Assembly: GCA_041664985.1 (NCBI GenBank)
Contig: JBAYJS010000025.1
Coordinates: 1-14,871 of the forward strand
DNA from: Candidatus Buchananbacteria bacterium
Lineage (GTDB): Bacteria > Patescibacteriota > Patescibacteriia > Buchananbacterales > UBA6539
Direction: 5' to 3'
Length of the DNA: 14,871 nucleotides
This document shows positions 7,467 through 13,372 of this stretch, in pieces (the stretch's first letter is position 1; every line of letters starts with the position of its first letter). Below the pieces are notes generated by a model. It saw nothing but the letters and a program-made list of their open reading frames with translations. It ran no database searches and was not told the DNA's origin. Made by a program: the position numbers and the translations under genes.

Positions 7467-8954
7467 TTAGATTATTTCAACTTTGATCAGGTTGGTTTGA
7501 CCTAAATAGCCAAAAGGATGACCGGCGGCAATCACAATGATATCACCTTTGACAACCAATTTCTTTTTGGCTAATAATTTTTTAATCTGCTCAAGCATTT
7601 TATTAAACGATTCATCAAAAGAAAGATGATAAGGATGGACACCCCAGCTTAAACAAAGTTGATTTCTGGTTTTTTCCGAAGCTGACATAGCAACCACTGA
7701 AATATTTGGCCGATATTTCACCACCGAGCGCGCCGAATAACCAGTCGTAGTGGTACAAACCACGTATTTGGCTTTTAAATCGTCAGCCACGGTTTTAACC
7801 GCATGGCAAACCGTTTCGGTTGTTCCGCCTTTTTTGGAAAGAAAGTCTTCGATTTTTTTATGTTCGGCAATTTCCATTTTTTCCACTTCACCGGCAATTT
7901 TGGTCATGACTTGAACCGCTTTGAGCGGATATTTACCGGTGGCTGTTTCACCGGAAAGCATAATCGCGTCGGTACCATCCAAAATCGCATTGGCCACATC
8001 CGAAACTTCCGCGCGCGTCGGCACCGGATAGCGAATCATTGAATCAAGCATTTGCGTGGCAACAATCACCGGTTTGGCTTCCTGAATACAGCGCCGAATT
8101 ATTTTCTTTTGAATCAAGGGTAAATCTTCCAAAGGAATTTCCAAGCCCAAGTCGCCTCTGGCAATCATGATACCGTCAACTGCCTGAAGAATTTCTTCAA
8201 AATTAGCCACGGCTTCCGGTCTTTCAATTTTGGCAATAATTTTAGTGTGAGTGGTTGGCCCTTTGCCACCGCGTTGGGGCTTTTTGAAATCTTTGATTTT
8301 TTGGCCAAGCCGAGTTTCGATTTGATGGATGCTTTTTCGTAAATCAATAACATCTTTGGCGTCTTTAACAAAAGACAAAGCGACAAAATCAATATTTTGT
8401 TTCAGTCCAAAAAGCAAATCCTGATGATCTTTTGAAGTCACCGGCGGCGCGGTAATTTTTGATTTGGGAAAATTCATTCCTTTGTGGGAATTAATCACTT
8501 CGCCGATTTTAACCTGGCAAATAATCGCCTTGCTTTTGATGGCCAAAACTTCCAGCTCAATTTTTGCATCATCAATCAAAATCGGATCACCCGGTTTGAC
8601 ATCGCGATATAAATTCGGATACTGAATCGGAATGAAGGTTGAAATATCTTTCAAAGAAATTTTAAAATTTTCCGGCACCAAATAAATTTTTTGGCCGGCT
8701 TCCACTTTAATACCGTCTTTTTCAATATTGCCGGTTCTGATTCTTGGTCCCTGCAAATCCTGCAAAATCGCAACCGGTTGGCCCAATTTATTAGAAACTT
8801 GTCGGATATTATTAATCAACATGGCGTGATGCTCATAGCTGCCATGGGAAAAATTAAGCCGAGCCACGTTCAAGCCAGACTTAATCATTTTTTCAATTTT
8901 GGTTTTGGTCTCCGAGGCCGGACCGATCGTACAAACAATTTTAGTTCTTTTCAT
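7467..8954 (-). CDS. pyk: pyruvate kinase (~495 aa)
   Basis: MKRTKIVCTIGPASE...GLNVARLNFSHGSYEHH...LQDLQGPRIRTG, then MIARGDLGLEIPLEDLPLIQKKII and ATQMLDSM. The ORF track extends to 8996 (MLISLITYLAYYIIMKRTK), but that extension is encoded by the tandem repeat block, so I prefer the ATG at 8954. It carries a GC-rich ~18-aa insertion (KKPQRGGKGPTTHTK) relative to E. coli PykF just before the conserved KIE(N/R) segment. Confidence 0.85.
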   Translation of the reverse strand: MKRTKIVCTIGPASETKTKIEKMIKSGLNVARLNFSHGSYEHHAMLINNIRQVSNKLGQPVAILQDLQGPRIRTGNIEKDGIKVEAGQKIYLVPENFKISLKDISTFIPIQYPNLYRDVKPGDPILIDDAKIELEVLAIKSKAIICQVKIGEVINSHKGMNFPKSKITAPPVTSKDHQDLLFGLKQNIDFVALSFVKDAKDVIDLRKSIHQIETRLGQKIKDFKKPQRGGKGPTTHTKIIAKIERPEAVANFEEILQAVDGIMIARGDLGLEIPLEDLPLIQKKIIRRCIQEAKPVIVATQMLDSMIRYPVPTRAEVSDVANAILDGTDAIMLSGETATGKYPLKAVQVMTKIAGEVEKMEIAEHKKIEDFLSKKGGTTETVCHAVKTVADDLKAKYVVCTTTTGYSARSVVKYRPNISVVAMSASEKTRNQLCLSWGVHPYHLSFDESFNKMLEQIKKLLAKKKLVVKGDIIVIAAGHPFGYLGQTNLIKVEII

Positions 8955-8963
8955 AATAATATA

Positions 8964-9019
8964 ATAAGCAAGATAAGTAATAAGCGAGATAAGCAAGATA
9001 AGTAATAAGCGAGATAAGC
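8964..9019. repeat. tandem direct repeat: 25-nt unit ataagcaagataagtaataagcgag x2 plus a partial third copy (GATAAG core x5)
   Basis: Units at 8964-8988 and 8989-9013 are identical. ataagc at 9014-9019 begins a third unit. The block lies immediately upstream of the pyk start (8954) on its coding side. Confidence 0.8.
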
Positions 9020-9036
9020 TTTGATTGACTTACTTA

Positions 9037-9063
9037 CTTATCTTGCCAAAAACTTATCTTGCC
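9037..9063. repeat. two inverted copies (cttatcttgcc) of the GCAAGATAAG core from the upstream tandem repeat, 16 nt apart
   Basis: cttatcttgcc at 9037-9047 and 9053-9063 is the reverse complement of ggcaagataag. Together with 8964-9019 this forms a direct-plus-inverted iteron-like array in the pyk upstream region. Confidence 0.7.
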
Positions 9064-9075
9064 TGCCTTGCTAAA

Positions 9076-9399
9076 TTATAATTTTAAAGTTTTAACCAAC
9101 CAATCGCCAAAACTTTTAGCCAAATCAGCCGCGACTGGCAACTGCCATTTTTCACCTTGCAAGGCTCGGATAATGCCAACAATCGCAGTGATACCAATTA
9201 AAATATTAAGCAACCAACCAATTACCGGGATAAAGCATAAAACAATCGAAACAGCAAATAAAAGCAAACCTTGGCTGGCGTGAAAACGAACGAATTCATT
9301 ATTTTTTCTGGCCGCTATCGCCACCACACTTAAAATCCAAAGGTAGCTGATGGCAGCCCAAATTTTTTCTTCGGAAGTAATGTTTTTTGTCTCAGTCAT
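9076..9399 (-). CDS. small integral membrane protein, DUF4870-like (2-3 TM helices), 107 aa
   Basis: MTETKNITSEEKIWAAISYLWILSVVAIAARKNNEFVRFHASQGLLLF... The conserved-looking (K/R)xxxFVxFHAxQ motif is followed by hydrophobic helices. There is no obvious SD. Confidence 0.5.
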   Translation of the reverse strand: MTETKNITSEEKIWAAISYLWILSVVAIAARKNNEFVRFHASQGLLLFAVSIVLCFIPVIGWLLNILIGITAIVGIIRALQGEKWQLPVAADLAKSFGDWLVKTLKL

Positions 9400-9468
9400 A
9401 AGTTTATTTTTTAATTATTATCAATAATATTATACCATAATCGCCAAACGGTTAAAAGCCACAATTGA

Positions 9469-9498
9469 TTGACAAGGCAATTCCAAAAAGAATACGAT
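9469..9498 (+). promoter_or_regulatory. candidate sigma70 promoter for the Cys-rich small protein gene (TTGACA-18-TACGAT)
   Basis: TTGACA at 9469-9474 (within TTGATTGACA), an 18-nt spacer, then TACGAT at 9493-9498. ATG at 9533 with AGGAG 7 nt upstream. Confidence 0.3.
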
Positions 9499-9532
9499 TA
9501 AAGTAATGAGGGCTAACCTAAGGAGTGCAAAG

Positions 9533-9730
9533 ATGACCGAAAGCAAACAGGATGTTTGCGAGCGCTGCGGCCAAGTCGCACCAAAACGCTGCGTTAAGTG
9601 TCGGACATGTTTGCACTGCAAATATCACGACACTACTTCCAAATTTTGGTGCCCGGACTGCTTTGCGGCGCTGCCGCCGCTTGAGGAAACTCAACCAAAA
9701 TCGTCCTTTGCCCAGCCAAGATCTCTTTGA
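9533..9730 (+). CDS. small Cys-rich protein (8 Cys, zinc-ribbon-like), 65 aa
   Basis: MTESKQDVCERCGQVAPKRCVKCRTCLHCKYHDTTSKFWCPDCFAALPPLEETQPK... The Cys pattern is CxxC-x8-CxxC-xx-C-xx-C-...-CxxC. AGGAG-N7-ATG at 9533 is preferred over the track start 9506. GC is ~55%, higher than the flanks. It has its own promoter and terminator. Confidence 0.5.
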   Translation: MTESKQDVCERCGQVAPKRCVKCRTCLHCKYHDTTSKFWCPDCFAALPPLEETQPKSSFAQPRSL

Positions 9731-9750
9731 GATTTTGGCTTCTTTTTTTA
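9716..9750 (+). terminator. rho-independent terminator overlapping the stop codon of the Cys-rich protein gene
   Basis: 10-bp stem ccaagatctc(9716-9725)/gagattttgg(9729-9738) with one G.T pair and a 3-nt loop. It is followed by cttcttttttta (9739-9750). Confidence 0.5.
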
Positions 9751-9759
9751 TAAAATACT

Positions 9760-10536
9760 TTAATTTTTTTTGGTTAAATCTTTGGCTTGCTGCCAAATTA
9801 CCATAAACTGACTTTTCATCATCTCGCTTAATTCAAGGCTTTCCACCAAAAAACCAAAGCTTTCTTTGCTGGAGGAAATAAATCTAACGGTGTTGCCATA
9901 AATTGAATAGCCTAAAGAAAAATCAATCCCTGCCGGCGCAATTTTTACTTCCCTTTTCAAATTTTGGTTAGCCAATAAAAAGGGATATTTTTTTAATTCC
10001 GGAATCTGATCTTTTGGCCAAATTACTTTTAAACTGATATTTTGCGCCAATCGTTTTTGGTGAAAATCTTTAATAAATTCCGATCCCAAAAGTTCCAGCA
10101 TTTTTTTAATCGGCCAATAAGCCAAAACTGTCAGATTGCGATAAAGCAACATGTCTTTCATCATTTGTCGCAATTCTTTTTGACCGGTATAAAGTTGTAA
10201 TTTCGGCGTTAAAGATTTGGCCTGGTTTTGATAAGCTTGTTTTAAATTTTCCAATTCCTTTTGAGCAATAATAATTTCTTTTTGTTTTTCTTCAAGTAAA
10301 AGCTGAATTTTTGGGGGTGGACAAGCGACAAAAACTTTAGTGCTGCCCTTTAGGGTTTCACTAACCAAACCAATTTCAATTAAATGACTAAGTAAATCAT
10401 AAACCGAGGTTCGACTGATACCAACTTGTTTGGCTAATTCACTGGCCGTTAATACCCCACCAGTAAAAAGCCGGCTGAATAATTCAGTTTCAATCGGCCT
10501 TAAATTAAACAAAGCTAATAATCTATTTGTTTTCAT
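9760..10536 (-). CDS. TrmB-family transcriptional regulator (N-terminal winged HTH plus C-terminal putative effector domain), ~258 aa
   Basis: MKTNRLLALFNLRPIETELFSRLFTGGVLTASELAKQVGISRTSVYDLLSHLIEIGLVSE matches the TrmB-type wHTH pattern (L.L...E..VY..L...G..TA.ELA...GI.R..VY..L..L...GLV). The track ORF extends to 10731, but that part has no protein-like sequence and overlaps the rSAM start. The start codon is the ATG at 10536. It is divergent from the rSAM-sulfotransferase operon. Confidence 0.6.
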   Translation of the reverse strand: MKTNRLLALFNLRPIETELFSRLFTGGVLTASELAKQVGISRTSVYDLLSHLIEIGLVSETLKGSTKVFVACPPPKIQLLLEEKQKEIIIAQKELENLKQAYQNQAKSLTPKLQLYTGQKELRQMMKDMLLYRNLTVLAYWPIKKMLELLGSEFIKDFHQKRLAQNISLKVIWPKDQIPELKKYPFLLANQNLKREVKIAPAGIDFSLGYSIYGNTVRFISSSKESFGFLVESLELSEMMKSQFMVIWQQAKDLTKKN

Positions 10537-10595
10537 AGTTTTTTTATCTTCCCCTCGCCCCTTAGGGTGAAGGATCTTAGTCTTATTCAAGCGTG

Positions 10596-10625
10596 TTGTC
10601 GGATTTTCACGACATAGTTTACAAT
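10596..10625 (+). promoter_or_regulatory. candidate promoter of the rSAM-sulfotransferase operon (TTGTCG-18-TACAAT) with an overlapping palindromic operator TGTCG-N8-CGACA
   Basis: -35 TTGTCG at 10596-10601 and -10 TACAAT at 10620-10625. The inverted repeat TGTCG (10597-10601)/CGACA (10610-10614) straddles the -35/spacer. A further IR GGCAG-N12-CTGCC (10650-10671) lies in the 5' UTR. AAGGAG-N7-ATG at 10694. Confidence 0.35.
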
Positions 10626-10693
10626 ACTCCCCTTTTTTGGCAAAGTCAAGGCAGAAATGAAAAACACTGCCCTTTAAAACAAGGAGAAACTTG

Positions 10694-11986
10694 ATGAAAA
10701 TCCAGCTGATCCAGCCACCAAAAAGCAGCAACGATAACTCCCGAAGCGGCTGTTATCCGCCTTTAGGATTATTATCAATTGCTACCCATTGCCACCAGAA
10801 ATTTCCAGAAGCCCAAATTGAAGTCTTGGATGGGGAATTTCTGACACTGGAATCAATTCTTGAGCGCCTGAAACCCAAGTCGTTTGTCGGAGTGGAAACC
10901 AAGCTTCACAATTACCACAACGCGATTCGCATTGCTAAAAAAGCAAAGCAAATTGGCGGCACGGTGATTTTGGGCGGAGTTTTTGCCTCCAAAATGGCTA
11001 GTCTGATTGCCAAAAAACAGCCGACTACTATCGACTACATAATCAGAGGTTACGGCGAGGAGCGGTTTGTCCAAATCCTGGCTAATCAAACCGGTACTAT
11101 AAATGGCATGCCGATAATCTACCCATACGCCGACCCGGAGTTCAATTCGCTGTTGATGCCGAATCGGCGATTCGTCCAGATGCGGAAATACCTGGCGAGA
11201 TTTAAACAGTCTTATCCCGACTGGCAAGCAACTGGGACAAATATCATAACCATCCAGGGTTGTAAAAACTGTCCTCGCTGCTTGTTTTGCGACCGGCAGT
11301 CGCCGAAATGTTATTTTCGGCAGCCACAAAAAGTCTGGGAAGAAATCCAATATCTGCAACTGGATTATGGTGTCGACTACGTAGTGGCTTTTGACGATGA
11401 TATTCTCCAGGACTTGAACTGGCTGAAACAACTGGTTGAGGCCAAACCGAAAGGTTGTCGGGTTCGTTGGCATGTCTTTGTCAGCGCTGCCAAGATAAAT
11501 GACCAATCAGTGCAACTGCTTAAGGCTCTTGGGGTAGTCCACGTATTTATCGGCGTCGAAACTGCCGATGTTGAATTAGCTTCAACGATAGGTAAAGCAG
11601 ACTTTAATCCGACTCAGTGCCATCAAGCCATCACTCAGCTGAACCGAGCTGGAATTGCCATTACCCCCTCATTTGTTTTTGGTCTGCCAGGAGAGAACGA
11701 AAGCAGCTTGGAAAAAACTCTCAGATTGGCTCAAGCGCTTAAGGCAGAAACAGATTATAACGAAGTAAACTGTTCTTGCCTGATTCCCTATCCCGGTAGC
11801 CGGGCTTTTGCCCGCTTGGCAAGGTTTGAACCCGAACTTCAAGACACCGATGATCTTGATGCGTCTAACCTGACTCGACGCTGGTTTGAAAGATTCTGCT
11901 TGGTTAGTTATGAAATGGCTCGCAATTACAGCCGGCAGATTTTGGCTCTGGCGCCGTATCGAATTACCCTGGATAGACAGAATTAG
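10694..11986 (+). CDS. B12-binding-domain radical SAM family protein (class B rSAM-like), ~430 aa, with a non-canonical Cys cluster
   Basis: The N-terminal ~130 aa resemble a cobalamin-binding domain as found in class B rSAMs (KIQLIQPP...YPPLGLLSIA...VILGGVFASKMASLIA...DYIIRGYGEERFVQIL). This is followed by TIQGCKNCPRCLFCD, a Cys cluster of CxxCxxCxxC rather than CxxxCxxC. GVDYVVAFDDD and VHVFIGVETAD are rSAM-core-like segments. GC is ~50%. Confidence 0.65.
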   Translation: MKIQLIQPPKSSNDNSRSGCYPPLGLLSIATHCHQKFPEAQIEVLDGEFLTLESILERLKPKSFVGVETKLHNYHNAIRIAKKAKQIGGTVILGGVFASKMASLIAKKQPTTIDYIIRGYGEERFVQILANQTGTINGMPIIYPYADPEFNSLLMPNRRFVQMRKYLARFKQSYPDWQATGTNIITIQGCKNCPRCLFCDRQSPKCYFRQPQKVWEEIQYLQLDYGVDYVVAFDDDILQDLNWLKQLVEAKPKGCRVRWHVFVSAAKINDQSVQLLKALGVVHVFIGVETADVELASTIGKADFNPTQCHQAITQLNRAGIAITPSFVFGLPGENESSLEKTLRLAQALKAETDYNEVNCSCLIPYPGSRAFARLARFEPELQDTDDLDASNLTRRWFERFCLVSYEMARNYSRQILALAPYRITLDRQN

Positions 11987-12025
11987 AGCAATCAGAAACT
12001 CCCATCACAACTAGGATAGAGGTAA

Positions 12026-13192
12026 TTGATGATGACAAATGAAGACCTGTTTAAGAGATGCCACAGAAATCTAGGCTTATGCCATTTTCGAGTTGCAGGC
12101 TTAACGATTACCGTTAAAGTTCTGCCTTGCTGGTGGCTGCCTGGCGGAACGGTAAAACTACTGTCTAACAATAAATTGGATTTGCAATGTCTAATTGCGG
12201 ATGCAATCATGACCCTGGCCGGCCGCGATATAGCAGATGAGGCAAAGTGGGTCGGCGACAAAGTGATTTTTGGCCAAACGATGAGGGACAAGATAAGTGT
12301 TATCTCCAACAAACCTGACTTTTTCAAGGTAAACTCCTGGGATCCGGAAACACTGGAACTGGTGATAACACCAACGGAAAAAGCACTGGGGCTACGTGGA
12401 GACAGCAAGGATGTATTTGATCCTATTTTTGTCATCGGCTGCAACAACAGCGGCAACTCAATTCTGGCCAAAGCCCTGACCAGTCATCCTGACCTCTGCG
12501 GTTTACCAGACCTGGAATCGCCTGACGATTACGGCCAATATCACCATCTGGAAATGCAGGATCTCCCAGGCATGCCAAAAAAGCTGACTCATTTTCTGGG
12601 CAAGCAGACCGCCAGGCTGTGGGCGTCAAATCAGTTCCAGGGAGCGTTAATCGTGACCGAAAACGATTTCACTCCTTTGATCGCCCGACAAACCAGAACC
12701 ACACTTGGCCAGTATGTACAAGAGGAGCAGCGCTTGGTCCTCACAAGCCCCGCTAACTTACTGCGGGTCAGATTACTGCTGGCGATTTTTCCGGACGCCA
12801 GATTTGTTGCCACAGTTCGCAATCCATTTCCGGTGGTTGAAGGCACTATTCGCAAGCGTCTGCGCGATCCCCAAAGGCCTTGGATTTCGGGCATGACCAC
12901 CACGGTTCAAGAGGCAGCTGAACAATGGGAAAATGCCAACGTCCTATTGCTACAACTGCAGAAATTCTTGAGTAGACGTCTGCTCATTGTTCATTATGAA
13001 GACTTGGTGGCAAAGCCAAAAGTCACACTCAATCGAGTCTGGGCTTTTCTGGGGCTGAGCGGCAAAGGGATAAAAATTCCCCACTTCAAACCAAACCTGA
13101 ACCAAATCCAAGCCCAGCACTTAACCCAAGCAGATTGTAAACTGGTACAGCAGATCTGCTGGCCGATGATGAACTATTTCGGTTATCACTGA
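12026..13192 (+). CDS. sulfotransferase-family protein with a ~130-aa Cys-containing N-terminal extension, 388 aa
   Basis: PIFVIGCNNSGNSILAKALTSHPDL matches the sulfotransferase 5'-PSB/P-loop-like motif (IF(I/V)xGCPRSGTTLL). VRNPFPVVEGTIRKRL matches the 3'-PB RDP(R/F)DVxxS motif. GAGGT lies 5 nt upstream. It starts 40 nt downstream of the rSAM gene on the same strand, so the two are probably co-transcribed. Confidence 0.6.
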   Translation: MMMTNEDLFKRCHRNLGLCHFRVAGLTITVKVLPCWWLPGGTVKLLSNNKLDLQCLIADAIMTLAGRDIADEAKWVGDKVIFGQTMRDKISVISNKPDFFKVNSWDPETLELVITPTEKALGLRGDSKDVFDPIFVIGCNNSGNSILAKALTSHPDLCGLPDLESPDDYGQYHHLEMQDLPGMPKKLTHFLGKQTARLWASNQFQGALIVTENDFTPLIARQTRTTLGQYVQEEQRLVLTSPANLLRVRLLLAIFPDARFVATVRNPFPVVEGTIRKRLRDPQRPWISGMTTTVQEAAEQWENANVLLLQLQKFLSRRLLIVHYEDLVAKPKVTLNRVWAFLGLSGKGIKIPHFKPNLNQIQAQHLTQADCKLVQQICWPMMNYFGYH

Positions 13193-13227
13193 GCAATTCG
13201 GCGAATAATGGCTGAAGAATAGTCGGA

Positions 13228-13258
13228 GCTGAGACAATTGTCTTAGCTTCTTTTTTTA
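13228..13258 (+). terminator. rho-independent terminator after the sulfotransferase gene
   Basis: Stem gctgagaca(13228-13236)/tgtcttagc(13240-13248), 8-9 bp with one G.T pair and loop att. It is followed by ttctttttttattt. Confidence 0.55.
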
Positions 13259-13296
13259 TTTACCCAAACAGAAATCTCTAAACTTCTAATGGAGTA

Positions 13297-13326
13297 TACC
13301 AAAAGCCGAGACATTCCTGCCCCGGC
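13297..13326 (-). terminator. candidate terminator downstream of groL
   Basis: Minus transcript GCCGGGGCAGGAAUGUCUCGGC forms a ~6-bp stem with one G.U pair. It is followed by UUUUGGUAUA and lies ~47 nt after the groL stop (13373). Confidence 0.3.
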
Positions 13327-13372
13327 CCTTATCTTGTTCGGATATTCGTAATAATTCGTATTTTGTAATTTT

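Noticed and set aside
8955-8996. Longer pyk gene model starting at 8996 (MLISLITYLAYYIIMKRTK)
   Set aside because: The extra 14 codons are read straight through the 25-nt tandem repeat. Pyruvate kinases begin at the conserved MKRTKIVCTIGP, so the ATG at 8954 is preferred.
8964-9063. Possible CRISPR array
   Set aside because: Only two exact 25-nt units are directly abutted with no spacers, plus inverted partial copies. This is not CRISPR architecture.
9506-9532. Upstream ATG at 9506 for the Cys-rich protein (MRANLRSAK...)
   Set aside because: It has no RBS and sits within 10 nt of the predicted -10. The ATG at 9533 has AGGAG at the ideal spacing.
10537-10731. N-terminal extension of the TrmB-regulator ORF (MLLFGGWISWIFIKFLL...)
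   Set aside because: The extension has no wHTH-compatible sequence and overlaps the divergent promoter and rSAM start. The regulator's HTH begins right after the Met at 10536.
10853-11506. 217-aa minus-strand ORF antisense to the radical SAM gene
   Set aside because: It has no motifs and no RBS. The plus-strand frame carries clear B12-domain and Cys-cluster features.
11992-12903. Minus-strand ORFs (11992..12471, 12432..12629, 12631..12903) and plus ORF 12705..12896 overlapping the sulfotransferase gene
   Set aside because: These are antisense or alternative-frame artefacts. The sulfotransferase frame contains both PAPS-binding motifs.
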